A stretch of DNA of 64,000 nucleotides from Spirochaetia bacterium (GCA_034520965.1 JAXHMY010000007.1:32001-96000); one strand, 5' to 3'; shown: positions 52,137 through 63,485, numbered from the stretch's first letter. The notes: generated by a model from the sequence alone, not told the origin. Translations and numbers: made by a program.

Positions 52137-53635
52137 TGTCCAACTTCCTCCACGACAATCCGGTTTCCTCTAATGGCTACAACTGAAACCTTTGCATCGG
52201 CTTCGATCCAGCGTCCGTCCGTTACTACAGAATAGGTCTCGTCACCCACTGCAATTTTTCCAGCGGGCCGCAGGGTAGTGAGGACCGTACCTGTATCGCC
52301 GATCTGGAGGCCTGAGTACTGTGGGGCTTGGGGTGTGTGTGTATAAGATGTACCGCTCCCTTTTTCAGGGCTTGTTGTTTCTGGGTTTGGAGTGCTGCCG
52401 GGGCTGCTGAGGATCAACCTTTGAAAGAGGCGGATTCGTGGAAAAAACATCATTAGTATTCCCAATAGTACAAACGATGCAGCCAGGGTGCCGAATACTA
52501 ACAGCAGGTTCCTGGTGAATATTTCCATTTGCCATTGGGTGTCGGGGAGTATAAACTCCTGTCTGGAGAGGACCAGTCCGACAGTCATAAAAATTAATCC
52601 ACTAATGCCGGCTACGCCGAAGCCGGGGATGAGAAATACTTCAACTATCAACAAAATTACCCCGGCCAAAAAAAGCAGCAGCTCAATTGAACTGAGTGTT
52701 CCCATTAGACCGCTCGAAATAAACATCAGGGCAAAGGCGATAAGGGCTGCCGTTCCGGGAATCCCGAACCCGGGGCTTGATATTTCAAGGTACAGGGCTA
52801 AAAGGCCAATAGTTAACAGCAGACTGGTTACCGCCGCACTGGTGAGTAGGTGCACCACCTGGTCGGCAGAAGAGGGCTCAAAGCGCATGATATTGCTGAG
52901 TTCCAAGCGTTCCTGTAATGCATCTAAAGACTCGACGGTACCGCTGGATATTCCGTAGCGTTCCATTTCACCGGCGGTCAGGGTAAGCAGTTTCCCGGAA
53001 GAGCTCAAAGTTATTGCTGCCTCCTGCTCCTCCCCGTCGCCTTGTGAGTCGCCTTTGGAATTATTTGCAATAAACCGATAGCCTTGTTCTTCATCTTTTA
53101 TAGCCTGTAGTTCTATGTCCTGGTCGACCATGGCCAGGGCCACCTCTGGGGGGTAGCCGTTTTTCTCGGCAAGTGCGGCCATCTGGGTTCTCACCGCGCT
53201 GACGGTTTTTTCGCCGGCCGGCTGCATACCCTCTGATGTTTGGTACACGGGAGCCGCAGCGCCCACCGAAGTGCCGGGAGCCATGAAAATAGAGTTATTG
53301 GCAAAGCTTATGAGCGCACCGGCGGACCAGCTGACACCTACACTTTCCGGTTCCGCGGGGATATACGCTACTGTATGCAGTTCATTCAGTGAACCAATCA
53401 GGCTGGCAATCTGTAAGGCGGAGTCAACCCGACCTCCAAAGGTATTGATACTGAAAATAATGTGGGAAACTTCGGCCTCGCGAGCTTTGTCGATTGACCG
53501 TCGCAGGAATACTACCTGGAAGGGATCAATTTCTCCCTCTATCGGGATGAGTGCCGCATCATAATTTTCCTGCTGTGGCCATACAAGCGGGGTAATACAT
53601 AGTAAGGTCAGCAGCACTAGTAACGTACTTCTCAT
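52133..53635 (-). CDS. Long NfeD-family protein (ClpP-like domain, TM region, OB-fold)
   Basis: INTFGGRVDSA, SAGALI, GKLLTLT, PGFGIPG, TLRPAG. Confidence 0.9.
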   Translation of the reverse strand: MRSTLLVLLTLLCITPLVWPQQENYDAALIPIEGEIDPFQVVFLRRSIDKAREAEVSHIIFSINTFGGRVDSALQIASLIGSLNELHTVAYIPAEPESVGVSWSAGALISFANNSIFMAPGTSVGAAAPVYQTSEGMQPAGEKTVSAVRTQMAALAEKNGYPPEVALAMVDQDIELQAIKDEEQGYRFIANNSKGDSQGDGEEQEAAITLSSSGKLLTLTAGEMERYGISSGTVESLDALQERLELSNIMRFEPSSADQVVHLLTSAAVTSLLLTIGLLALYLEISSPGFGIPGTAALIAFALMFISSGLMGTLSSIELLLFLAGVILLIVEVFLIPGFGVAGISGLIFMTVGLVLSRQEFILPDTQWQMEIFTRNLLLVFGTLAASFVLLGILMMFFPRIRLFQRLILSSPGSTPNPETTSPEKGSGTSYTHTPQAPQYSGLQIGDTGTVLTTLRPAGKIAVGDETYSVVTDGRWIEADAKVSVVAIRGNRIVVEEVGQ

Positions 53636-53734
53636 AGCAGTATGCCCTCTCTGTAGTAAAGGGTGTATCTATTTATCCTGAATGTCAAACAAAACTTTTA
53701 CACAGGAAGCGCTAAAGAGAGTTTGTTTATTTTA

Positions 53735-55207
53735 TTATTGTCTGCTCTTCTTTATTTCGCCGGCCACGATTTCGGAAGAGATAAGGGTCATCGGAACACC
53801 TACCCCGGGATGTGTGTAATGGCCTGTATAGTAGAGCCCCTTGACCTTTTTACTGTGATGAGGCGGGCGGAATACTGCGGTTTGGAAAAGGGTATGGGCC
53901 ATGCTAAGTGCGGTTCCCTGATAGGCGTGATAATCTGCCTTGAAATCACGGTGACTAAAGATACGCTGCACATTTTGCTGTACCCGAAGGTCTTCTCCGG
54001 TAATTCTGGTAATATGGTCCAGCACGTGCTCGGCATACTCTTCACGTTTTTCATCAGAGTCGTCCAGCCCGGGGGCGACCGGAACCAGCACAAATACGTT
54101 TTCGCTTCCCTTCGGGGCGGCCTGGGGATCGGTTTTTGATATAACACTCACGTAAAAACATGGATCAAGGGGCCATTCGGGGGAATCAAAAATTGTTTTG
54201 AAGTGTCTTGTCCAATCTTCCTCAAAATACAGTGTATGGTGTTTGAAATTGGAGAGTTTTCTGTCTAAGCCAATGTACATAAGAAACATCGAGGGCGAGA
54301 GGGTCCGACTGCGCCAATAACGGGAACCAAAGGAACGGCTCGATGCATCCAGGAGCTCCATTTCTGCGTAGGGATAGTCTCCGGTATACACCACGGTGTC
54401 GGCTGTGAGATATTCATCGCCTAGCATTACCCCTTCTATTTGTCTGTTTTTGCTGCGGATGGACGTTACATCCGCGTTAGTTCTAATATCTACCCCCTGC
54501 TCACGAGCGAGAGAGGCAAAGCCCTTGGCTACGGCACCCAGCCCGCCCATTGGATAATGTACCCCTAAATCTATATCTACATGGGACATAATAGAATACA
54601 GGGCCGGCGCTTTCTGGGGGCTGGTACCTAGGAAAACCATTGCATACTCTAATAACTGCTTTGACCGGCGATCCTTAAAATACCGGCTTACAAAGTGATC
54701 CATTTGGTCCAGCACATTCAGCTTTAGTCCCTCTCTCATCATCTTCCCGTTGAAAAACTGAAAGATACTGCTGTATTCACGGTATAAAAACTGCTCCATT
54801 GCAACTTTATATTTATAGCGTGCCAGTTCCATATAGGTGTCGAGTTGCTCCCCTCCGCCGGGTTCAAAGTAGTCAAACACCCGCTTTGTATTCTGATAGT
54901 TTGGAGTGATGTCGGCGAACTCGCCGGGGTTAAAAAATACCCTGTAGTAGGGATCAAGTTCAGATAAGTGATAATAATCGGAAACCCTACGGTCAAAATG
55001 GCCAAAAAAACGCTCAAATACCTCCGGCATGAGGTACCATGATGGGCCCATATCAAAGGTGAATCCGCCGTGATTCCACAGTCGTGCCCTGCCGCCTATA
55101 GTTTCATTCTTTTCTAGTACGGTAACCTGCATTCCCTGCTTTGCAAGCAGCGCTGCAGTAGATAGTCCGGCAAAGCCGGCTCCAACAACTATAGCTGTCT
55201 TGGGCAT
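53735..55207 (-). CDS. crtI: Phytoene desaturase family (CrtI-like)
   Basis: VGAGFAGL, FTFDMGPSWYLMP, HTLFQTAVFRP, THPGVGVPM. Confidence 0.85.
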   Translation of the reverse strand: MPKTAIVVGAGFAGLSTAALLAKQGMQVTVLEKNETIGGRARLWNHGGFTFDMGPSWYLMPEVFERFFGHFDRRVSDYYHLSELDPYYRVFFNPGEFADITPNYQNTKRVFDYFEPGGGEQLDTYMELARYKYKVAMEQFLYREYSSIFQFFNGKMMREGLKLNVLDQMDHFVSRYFKDRRSKQLLEYAMVFLGTSPQKAPALYSIMSHVDIDLGVHYPMGGLGAVAKGFASLAREQGVDIRTNADVTSIRSKNRQIEGVMLGDEYLTADTVVYTGDYPYAEMELLDASSRSFGSRYWRSRTLSPSMFLMYIGLDRKLSNFKHHTLYFEEDWTRHFKTIFDSPEWPLDPCFYVSVISKTDPQAAPKGSENVFVLVPVAPGLDDSDEKREEYAEHVLDHITRITGEDLRVQQNVQRIFSHRDFKADYHAYQGTALSMAHTLFQTAVFRPPHHSKKVKGLYYTGHYTHPGVGVPMTLISSEIVAGEIKKSRQ

Positions 55208-55286
55208 CTCTTCACTCCTGTAATGATTGTGATAGACTCTCTGAGGCATATTATCTTACATAGGATGGGCAAATGCAAATGGTATT

Positions 55287-55315
55287 AAAAGGGCCATGGC
55301 TTTCACGGCCCTTTT
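55287..55315. terminator. Intrinsic terminator
   Basis: aaaagggcc...ggccctttt. Confidence 0.65.
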
Positions 55316-55332
55316 GAAAGGTTTACGTAAGT

Positions 55333-55779
55333 TTAGAAGTAGTAGCGTGCACCTAAGCCGCCGTTAAGCGCGCCGTCCGTTTCTGGGGCCAGTAAGACCA
55401 TCGGTACAATTTCAAAAAAGAGTTCTACCGGTGCATCCGGGATGGTAAAACTCAGTCCAAAGGGAATCCTTAACCCGATTTCCGGGTTATCCTTCAGTTC
55501 AATCATTCCTCCGATACCTGTGTATCCGGCCAGCGTCGGAATATCCGAGCCGAATATGCCGGGAAAGTGGTGCAGATAATCGGAATGCACGTAGAGTTTG
55601 TCGCTGATAAAAGACCAGGACACGGTGGCGTCTACTGCAATATTATTTGAAAGATACAGTTTTCCGGTAATACCCGAGGGTTCCCCCACCATGGCTCCAA
55701 GTCCAAAATTACCTTCGGCAGTTGCCATACCCCCTATAAAGAAAAAAATCAGTGCAACTGTGGTTACATATTTTCGCAT
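55333..55779 (-). CDS. Small outer-membrane beta-barrel-like protein
   Basis: Signal peptide; GLGAMVGEPSG, GLRIPFG, C-terminal GARYYF. Confidence 0.75.
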   Translation of the reverse strand: MRKYVTTVALIFFFIGGMATAEGNFGLGAMVGEPSGITGKLYLSNNIAVDATVSWSFISDKLYVHSDYLHHFPGIFGSDIPTLAGYTGIGGMIELKDNPEIGLRIPFGLSFTIPDAPVELFFEIVPMVLLAPETDGALNGGLGARYYF

Positions 55780-56014
55780 TGTTCAGCTCTCCTTTATTTT
55801 TCTATTTCTATGATAAGTATAAAGTACTTCGTTCGTCCAGTTTATTTGGTTTGAATATGTTACGGTAAAGGCTTAAAATGGATACTAATGGAAAGTAGTG
55901 TCATTCTCTTAAAAAAAAGTATGGGCTTGCACATGTCCCTTCCTGCCATAAGGCCGGGAAGTGGGCTCATCGGGTCGGCGTGTTCTGCAGAGAAACTAAC
56001 TATCTATTTTATCG

Positions 56015-57430
56015 GTGGTGGGAATGAGTATGGAAATGAGCGTTCACAGTGCTTATCTGAATAGCCTTTTTGAAAACAGCCCGGAAGCGATAGTGTTATT
56101 GGATGAGCACAATCGAGTGATTCAGGCTAACCCGGAATTTTATCGTTTGTTTGGTTATACTCAATCGGAGGTTGAGGGACGGCACATAGATATACTGGTG
56201 GCCGGAGAGGAAGAATATGCGGAGGCTGTCCATTTTTCTGAAGAAGCTGAAGCCGGGCGGCATCTGAATGCAGAGTCTATTCGTCATCGCAAGGATGGTC
56301 AGCCGGTGGAGGTTTCAATTTTAGGGGCACCCATCGAGATTGAGGGTAAGGTTGTTGGTATATTTGGTATCTATCGTGATATCTCCCATCGCAAGCGGGT
56401 AGAACGAAAGCTTGAACTGAGTGAACAGAAGCACCGTGAGCTGTTTGAAAATGCTCCGATAGGCATTTTTCAGTCCACCTCGGAGGGCCGCTTTATCACG
56501 GTAAATGACAGTATGGCAAGAATACTCGGTTTTGATGATACATCGTCCGTTATTGCTTATTACAAGGATTTGGCATCTACATTGTATTATCGACCTGAAA
56601 GAAGAGCTCAATTTCTCGATATCTTACTTGAGGATGGAGAAGTTAAGAACTTTGAGCTTGAAGCTTGCCGTAGTGACGGTGCTGTTATATGGGTAAGCTT
56701 AAACGCCCGGATCTCCTATTGGTACAGCAGCGACAGTTTTGTAATCGATGGTTTTATAAGTGATGTGACCGATCTGAAGCAGACAGAGCATAAACTCCAA
56801 ACCTCCCTGAGCGAGAAAAATGTGCTGCTGCAGGAAGTACACCATCGGGTTAAAAATAATATGCAGATTATCTCCAGTATGCTGAACCTAGAGGCTATGA
56901 ATCTTGAAGATAACCAGAATAAAGAACTGCTGTATGTGATGCAGAACCGAATTCAGGCGATGGCCTTGGTTCACGAGAAATTGTACGCTTCAGACCAAAT
57001 TGAAGTGGTAGATTTAGGGGAGTATACCCGTGAGCTGTGTACGCAGGTACTGGATGTGATCTCTAAAGAGTTAGCGCCTATAGTAGAGTTTAGGCTCGAA
57101 AACATACCATCGGGTATAGACTTCTCGGTGCCCTACGGGCTAATTGTGAACGAACTGGTGATGAATACATATAAGCACGCATTTGACGGTATCGCCTTTC
57201 CGAAGATTGTCGTCGAACTGCGGCGTAAGGCGGGACAATTACTGTTGAAAATTAGGGATAATGGAGTCGGTCTGCCTGATAACTTTGATATTGCTAAGAC
57301 TCCTACCCTGGGAATGAACCTGATTCACTCTCTTATTGTTCAGTTAGGCGGACAGTTTTCGGTTTTTAACCAGGACGGGACCGTCTGGGAGATACTGTTT
57401 CCACCAGGAGAGTGGGAGTTTGGATTATAG
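56015..57430 (+). CDS. PAS-PAS histidine kinase (HisKA_2 type)
   Basis: Two PAS domains, EVHHRVKNNMQ, NELVMN, DNGVG. Confidence 0.9.
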   Translation: MVGMSMEMSVHSAYLNSLFENSPEAIVLLDEHNRVIQANPEFYRLFGYTQSEVEGRHIDILVAGEEEYAEAVHFSEEAEAGRHLNAESIRHRKDGQPVEVSILGAPIEIEGKVVGIFGIYRDISHRKRVERKLELSEQKHRELFENAPIGIFQSTSEGRFITVNDSMARILGFDDTSSVIAYYKDLASTLYYRPERRAQFLDILLEDGEVKNFELEACRSDGAVIWVSLNARISYWYSSDSFVIDGFISDVTDLKQTEHKLQTSLSEKNVLLQEVHHRVKNNMQIISSMLNLEAMNLEDNQNKELLYVMQNRIQAMALVHEKLYASDQIEVVDLGEYTRELCTQVLDVISKELAPIVEFRLENIPSGIDFSVPYGLIVNELVMNTYKHAFDGIAFPKIVVELRRKAGQLLLKIRDNGVGLPDNFDIAKTPTLGMNLIHSLIVQLGGQFSVFNQDGTVWEILFPPGEWEFGL

Positions 57431-58135
57431 CGCGGAAGCAATAGTCGATTCCAGCTGCTTTCCTACTTGCCGCCGCTCTTCAGAGGAGAGCCCGGCTGTG
57501 GATACCGGCTCATGGATGAATACTTCAACCTTACCCGGGGTAATACGGTCGTGTTCTTCCCGCAGGGTGTAGGTATCTTTGATGGTGACGGGGACAATCG
57601 TGCTTTCGGAGCGGAAGGCGATTTTTAAGCTGCCGGTGTGGAAGCTTCCCATTTTGGAAGATCGGCTGCGGGTTCCTTCCGGAAAAATTACCATTGAATG
57701 CCCTTTTTTCAGACTTTCCACTCCCTGTTCAAGCTGTTTGACCGCTTTACGTGGGCTTTTACGATCGATAAACACACAATGCATTGCGCGCATCCAAGTG
57801 CTGACAATCGGGAATAGGGTAAGTTCTTTTTTAGCTATGAAGCCTATATTGCGGGGAATGACCGCCATAATGAGGGGGATATCATAGGCACTTTGATGGT
57901 TTGCCACAAAGCATAGGTTTCCCGTTTCCGGCAGTTTATCGATGCCGTGAACTATCACCTCCGCCGGAGTGATTCGAAGGATAAAACGGGCCCAACTGGT
58001 GGTAGCCCACAGGATAAACGAGTTTTCCAACTTTTTCAGCCGGAAAAGCTTCAATACATACAGCGGCAGAACCATTATCAGGCTCACCACCATGAAAAGC
58101 CAAAATTTTACGTAGAAGAAAAATGAATGCAGCAT
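57425..58135 (-). CDS. plsC: 1-acyl-sn-glycerol-3-phosphate acyltransferase
   Basis: NHQSAYD, FIAKKEL, FIDR, FPEGTRS. Confidence 0.92.
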   Translation of the reverse strand: MLHSFFFYVKFWLFMVVSLIMVLPLYVLKLFRLKKLENSFILWATTSWARFILRITPAEVIVHGIDKLPETGNLCFVANHQSAYDIPLIMAVIPRNIGFIAKKELTLFPIVSTWMRAMHCVFIDRKSPRKAVKQLEQGVESLKKGHSMVIFPEGTRSRSSKMGSFHTGSLKIAFRSESTIVPVTIKDTYTLREEHDRITPGKVEVFIHEPVSTAGLSSEERRQVGKQLESTIASAL

Positions 58136-58283
58136 GTGAGCATACTATACCGACTGTGAAAAAAAGGCAAATACCTTTATGCAAGTTTCAGGGTTGAGTT
58201 TCAGCTGGTTTAGCTCCGACAATTTACAAAGCTCACTTGCTATGTTGTTGTTTCGATACTATGATGTAATGAGGAGTTATCCA

Positions 58284-59852
58284 ATGAGAAATGAGCAGAT
58301 ATACCAAGAGCTCGTGCGGGCTGGGGCTTTGGTTGCGAATGAACATCGCAAAACTAATCAACTTTCAATCCTAGTCGATCAGACATTCGATATTTCTCAT
58401 TCTGATCTTTCCTGTCTTTATTTATACGAGGAGCGGGAGGGGCAGCGGCGGCTTACTTTAGAGGTGAAGCGGGGAGATTATGAGGTTCCAAGCCGGCTCT
58501 CTGCTGATGATGAGTTGTGGGAGTTTCTCGAGGAGTGTGAGGAGACCCTGATTCTATCCACCCGTAATGCTGCTTTCTTTCACACTGCGTTTTTGAACCC
58601 TTCCATGAACAGTGTCGTTGTTCTGCCTCTTTTTACCGCCACCACCCAGCTTGGATATCTCATTTTGAATGCCCTTGAGGAGGCTTTTTTCGGCAGCGAG
58701 GAGTTTTACTTTTTAGACTCTTTTGTTCGACTCTCCAGTGGAATGGTGCAGAGTGCGCAGCTGTACAGAGACCTCGAGCAGCAGTTTAAGGAGGTGGAGC
58801 AGCTGGAGCGCTATCAGGAGAATATTTTTGCTTCAATGACCGACCTGCTTATTACTACCGATTCAAAGGGGCAGATTCATTACTTTAACCCTGCGGCATT
58901 GGAACGCCTGGGCTTAAGGGAGGAGCTAGTGGGAAAGCCCTTCGAGAAGGTTTTTAATGCATCCCTGGGGAAAAAGGTACTAAAGGCAATTACAGAAGCG
59001 GATGCCCAGGGCGAGCCAAGGCTTGGCATTGAAGGAATAATGAAGAGAAAAGAAGATGAGGATATGGATTTTCGATTGAATATTTCTCCTCTCCGCGGGA
59101 AGCGTGGTAAAAAGGAGGGGCTTACCCTGCTTTTTACCGACCAAACCCACGAGCGGCAGCTGCAGAGTAAAATGGAGTCTGTTGTTGAGGAGCGACGGAT
59201 AGTGAAGGACATGTTTGCCCGTTACCTTTCCAGCGACATAGTCCAGACACTGGTAGACCGGCCCGATTTGGTAAAACCGGGGGGTGACAAAAAAATGGCT
59301 ACGATTCTATTTGCCGATATTCGCGGGTATACCTCGTTTTCAGAAACCAAAGAACCTGAATATATTATTGGTGTACTCAACGCCTATTTTAGCGAGGCGG
59401 TTGAGATAATAATTAAGTACAAGGGATATATAGACAAGTTTATCGGAGATTCGATAATGGCTGCATGGGGAGTTCCGATATTCTCAGAGGAAGATGATGC
59501 CCGGGCGGCTGTAGGATGTGCTGTCGAGCTGCAGAAGTTGGTCGAATCGAAGGATCGGAATTTTTTCACCGGGGATGCTTCAAAGTTAAGGGTGGGAATC
59601 GGAATGCATACCGGCCAGTTAATTGCAGGAAATTTAGGCAGCAGCCGCAGAATGGATTATTCGGTTATCGGTGACACAGTGAATGTTGCCGCCCGGCTTG
59701 AAGGGGTTGCCGGGCCGGGGCAGGTTATCATTACGCAGAAGACGAGAGATTTAATTGGAGATAAGTTCAAGGTGAAGGCCCTGGAGCCGGTACAGGTAAA
59801 GGGAAAAATCAAACCTATCAATATTTATAACGTATTAGAAAAGATTGAGTAG
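58284..59852 (+). CDS. GAF-PAS class III adenylate cyclase
   Basis: LFADIRGYT, DKFIGD, DYSVIGDTVNVAARLE. Confidence 0.9.
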   Translation: MRNEQIYQELVRAGALVANEHRKTNQLSILVDQTFDISHSDLSCLYLYEEREGQRRLTLEVKRGDYEVPSRLSADDELWEFLEECEETLILSTRNAAFFHTAFLNPSMNSVVVLPLFTATTQLGYLILNALEEAFFGSEEFYFLDSFVRLSSGMVQSAQLYRDLEQQFKEVEQLERYQENIFASMTDLLITTDSKGQIHYFNPAALERLGLREELVGKPFEKVFNASLGKKVLKAITEADAQGEPRLGIEGIMKRKEDEDMDFRLNISPLRGKRGKKEGLTLLFTDQTHERQLQSKMESVVEERRIVKDMFARYLSSDIVQTLVDRPDLVKPGGDKKMATILFADIRGYTSFSETKEPEYIIGVLNAYFSEAVEIIIKYKGYIDKFIGDSIMAAWGVPIFSEEDDARAAVGCAVELQKLVESKDRNFFTGDASKLRVGIGMHTGQLIAGNLGSSRRMDYSVIGDTVNVAARLEGVAGPGQVIITQKTRDLIGDKFKVKALEPVQVKGKIKPINIYNVLEKIE

Positions 59853-59870
59853 ACTGGAGTGGAGGTTAAG

Positions 59871-62468
59871 ATGACAGTAATACTAGAACAAATAAATAAA
59901 TTGCCGGATTACGCGGTGGGAGTCGCCTTGGTTGTAGCGGCAGTTTTGATAGGTTTTGTTATTTGGAAGGGGGTGAGCCGGTCACTGGCTATGCGACGGC
60001 TGCGACAGGTGGCGGAGGCTCCGGAGAAAGTCGAAGACCTGTTTACCCGGTATTATGGAGCCTCGGATTTAGTAAAAATGGCCCCCACCTTAGAACATGC
60101 TGCTACACGCCATCCGGGTGTAGATCTTATCAGACTAACCGGAGCCGACGAGGTATGGATTAAGCGGCTTGCCGAGCGACCGAACAAACGTTGGGCAGAG
60201 AGGGTTCTGGAATTTGCGCAGGAGAAAGGCTTATTCACGGTTTTTTTGTCTGCCCTAAGGCGGCCCAAATGTGCAGAAATATTTAAAAAATGGCTCAGCG
60301 GTCATGATGATTTGTTAGCCCTGCGTAAGGTTGCTCTATCGGGGAAAGGGGAGGATTTCGACGGGAAACAGGCCTGCGAAATGCTGAAGGATCGCCTCGA
60401 TCAGATTCGTGAAATGATGGGTGATCCCTTGTGGCCTTCCCGTTATATGGCTTTAAAGGTTTTGTTGTACGACGATGATGAGCGTTCTCGGCGGGCTTTA
60501 TGGGAGGCTTTTCATGATCCACACAGCCTGGTTCGGCGTTCAGTGGTAGAAGAGGTGAAGCCTGAAGATGAAGAGGGGAAGGAACAACTCTACACTCAGC
60601 TGCTGCGGTTGCTGACCGATGACTTTATATTTGAAGTTCGGGTAGCGGCTAAGCAGCGACTCACCAATGAATTCCCTGATCGAAAGCATATTCAGTTTGA
60701 AAAACTGACCAAGGTGCAGCAACTGCATGTGGTAGAACAACTCGATCCCACTTCTAATGAAGATCGTGATTTTGCCGTCTCGGTGCTGGAGGAAAAGGAT
60801 GATGAGTTATCATTGAGCGCAGCTAGGTTTCTCAATGATGCCGGAGTGTTGAAGCAGCTGTTCCTGAATGTCGATTTTTCAGATCGAACGGCCTTAGAAC
60901 GAAGCAGAGCTCTTCTGGAACGTGCTGCGGCGGTGAACCAAATAGAGTTTTTAGATGCGCTTCCCTCCGCGGAGTCACCAGCCAGCTGGTTGATTGCTGC
61001 CGGCTTGCTGTCAAAACAGGGTCCTGAAAAAATGGCGCAGACATTGGTAGAAAAGGCGGGAGGCCTGGATATTAGTACCGCCCCTGAGCAGCGCGAAGTG
61101 TTTGAAGCCGCCTTTGCCTGTGGCTGCCTTCGCGAAGGTGAGGGACCCGCTACGTATATAGCCGAGTTTTTACTTAAAAACCGCTATGATGCCTATAAAG
61201 CCTCTTTCATATTAACCCAGCTTAATGGAAGGCATGCGGGGGTGTATGTACCGATTTTATTGCAGCTGCTGAAGGATCCTAAATTTAAACAACTCGAAGA
61301 ACTTTATGCGGCCCTTATCCGGTTTGACAGTTCCTTCTATTTGGATGAGCTCTTAGATATTATCGCTGCAGATCGGGATGAATATGAACACCAGGTGAGG
61401 ATTGCCGCTTTCCAGGTAGTAGGGCGTTTGAAACTGCCCTACTGTCTGCAGACGATACTTGAACACCTGCCGATACTTCCTTTAGGACAGGCTCGGGAGT
61501 TTGCCCGCCATCTTGCAGATTACAGTGGCAACGAGTTTGTTATGCGTGCACAGGGCATTCTATCTGGAGAGGACGGTAAAGTAAGGGCGGCGCTAATCGC
61601 GGCATTACCGGAGACCGAGAATAAGGATTTTGTAAATCCGATAAGGGAGGCCCTTGGCGATGCAGATCCTTATGTACGGAGTGCTGCCACTTGGGCATTA
61701 TTGGAATACGGTGACAGTCGGTCAATTAAGCAGGTGCGAGAGCTGCTGCGTGACCCGGTGGAATCGGTCCGCATCGCGGTAGCCCGCGCACTAGGAGAAT
61801 ATGGCAACGAGACCACACTCACCTATTTTGAAGAATTGTGTAATGATGAAAACGAGGTAGAGGCGGTCAAGCTGGCGGCAATTAAGGGGCTGGCCTTTTC
61901 GAAGCAGGAGAAGGCGGTTGATATACTGGTTGGATATCTTAAAGCAGGTGTAAGTCCCCGGCTTGAAGAAGAGGTGTATTCCTCTTTGTCGCGTAAACTG
62001 TCGCAAAAAGAGTTGATGGCTTTAGTGTCGCACCTGAAAGATGCGGAACACGACATGCGGGAAAAGCTGGCACATGTGTTTACCCGGATGGGCTATGAAT
62101 CGGAAGCGATGTTGGTAGAGCTGCTGCGGGAGGATATAACCTCGCTGCGGCCATACATTACCAGCGTGCTGGAAGAGACCGGCTTTATTGACCACACAAT
62201 TCGAAAGTTGTCCCATCGTGACCCGCAGATTCGGCGGGATGCGGCGGAGCTGCTGTCATTAATCGGCACTGTGGCCGCTTTTAGAGGAATTGTACTGGCC
62301 GCGAGGGACCCGGACGAACAGGTGCGCGTGCTTGTTACAAAAGCTCTGGAACGACTCAACACAGAAGGTGGTAATGAAATACTGCAACAGCTTCGGGAAG
62401 ACCCAGAACCGAAAATCCGTAAATACACTTTATGGGCACTGGAGCGAATAAAGGTGAAGAACGACTAA
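59871..62468 (+). CDS. Membrane-anchored HEAT-repeat protein
   Basis: N-terminal TM; repeated D-P-x-VR-x-AA motifs. Confidence 0.85.
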   Translation: MTVILEQINKLPDYAVGVALVVAAVLIGFVIWKGVSRSLAMRRLRQVAEAPEKVEDLFTRYYGASDLVKMAPTLEHAATRHPGVDLIRLTGADEVWIKRLAERPNKRWAERVLEFAQEKGLFTVFLSALRRPKCAEIFKKWLSGHDDLLALRKVALSGKGEDFDGKQACEMLKDRLDQIREMMGDPLWPSRYMALKVLLYDDDERSRRALWEAFHDPHSLVRRSVVEEVKPEDEEGKEQLYTQLLRLLTDDFIFEVRVAAKQRLTNEFPDRKHIQFEKLTKVQQLHVVEQLDPTSNEDRDFAVSVLEEKDDELSLSAARFLNDAGVLKQLFLNVDFSDRTALERSRALLERAAAVNQIEFLDALPSAESPASWLIAAGLLSKQGPEKMAQTLVEKAGGLDISTAPEQREVFEAAFACGCLREGEGPATYIAEFLLKNRYDAYKASFILTQLNGRHAGVYVPILLQLLKDPKFKQLEELYAALIRFDSSFYLDELLDIIAADRDEYEHQVRIAAFQVVGRLKLPYCLQTILEHLPILPLGQAREFARHLADYSGNEFVMRAQGILSGEDGKVRAALIAALPETENKDFVNPIREALGDADPYVRSAATWALLEYGDSRSIKQVRELLRDPVESVRIAVARALGEYGNETTLTYFEELCNDENEVEAVKLAAIKGLAFSKQEKAVDILVGYLKAGVSPRLEEEVYSSLSRKLSQKELMALVSHLKDAEHDMREKLAHVFTRMGYESEAMLVELLREDITSLRPYITSVLEETGFIDHTIRKLSHRDPQIRRDAAELLSLIGTVAAFRGIVLAARDPDEQVRVLVTKALERLNTEGGNEILQQLREDPEPKIRKYTLWALERIKVKND

Positions 62469-62480
62469 GGCCGCCGCTGG

Positions 62481-63485
62481 TTAACACCCGCAGTTTTGCT
62501 GTACCATATCGTAGGGGTAGGGGGCCGGTATCGAACTGGCTGTATTTAATCGCTGCATCTGCTCTTGAGTAAGGGACCATTCGGCGGCGGATAGGTTGTC
62601 CCGTAGGTGTTCCAGCCTGCGGGCACCGATAATAGGGCTGGTGACTTCGCATTTGCGCAGCAGCCAGTTTAGCGACACTTGGGCCGGTGACCGGCCGGTT
62701 TCTTTGGCAATTTCAAGCAGGGTGTCGATAACCTGCCAGGTTGCTTCCGTATTGTAGTTTTGCCAGGATTCAAACCATCCCTCTTCTTCGGCCTGCTCTA
62801 CCCGGCTGTTTTTGGGCGGTGCCTGCATATCACGGGTGTAACGTCCCGAGAGCCACCCTCCGAGCAAGGGGCCCCACACCATAAAGCCCAGCCCTTCCCG
62901 GGCACAGAGGGGCAGCAGTTCCCACTCGCCTGAGCGAGTTAACAGATTGTACTTGGCCTGGAGCGAGACAAAGGGTGCCCACCCGTGGGCCGCGCTGATA
63001 TCCAGAGCCTTCTGCAGCACTGAAGGGGTAAAGTTACTGGCGCCTATGTAACGGACTTTACCGGTTTCGATAAGAGTATTCAGGCTTGCAAGGGTTTCTT
63101 CCAATGGGGTTGTTGGGTCCTGGCAATGGACCTGGTAGAGGTCGATATAATCGGTTTGCAGGCGCTTCAGGCTGGCCTCTACCTGCTGCATAATATGCGC
63201 CCGGCCCAGACCACTCTCATTAGGCCCATCTCCCATAGGAAAGCGTACCTTCGTGGCTACCACATAATCTTCACGACGCTTGCGCTTGAGCCATTTGCCT
63301 ACGATTTCTTCGGAGGTGCCGCGGGAATACACGTTTGCCGTATCAATAAAATTGCCCCCCGCCGCAGAGAACTCGTCCATCATGGTATAACTGGTCTGCT
63401 CATCGGTTTCGCGGCCGAAGGTCATGCTCCCCATACAGAGTTCGCTTACCTTTAATCCTGAATTGCCTAAACTTACGTATTTCAT
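62481..63485 (-). CDS. Aldo/keto reductase
   Basis: [28 protein letters not shown]. Confidence 0.93.
   Translation of the reverse strand: MKYVSLGNSGLKVSELCMGSMTFGRETDEQTSYTMMDEFSAAGGNFIDTANVYSRGTSEEIVGKWLKRKRREDYVVATKVRFPMGDGPNESGLGRAHIMQQVEASLKRLQTDYIDLYQVHCQDPTTPLEETLASLNTLIETGKVRYIGASNFTPSVLQKALDISAAHGWAPFVSLQAKYNLLTRSGEWELLPLCAREGLGFMVWGPLLGGWLSGRYTRDMQAPPKNSRVEQAEEEGWFESWQNYNTEATWQVIDTLLEIAKETGRSPAQVSLNWLLRKCEVTSPIIGARRLEHLRDNLSAAEWSLTQEQMQRLNTASSIPAPYPYDMVQQNCGC

Noticed and set aside
55920..55995. Riboswitch upstream of the PAS kinase
   Set aside because: GC-rich patch with no recognisable aptamer motif; an Rfam/Infernal scan would be needed.
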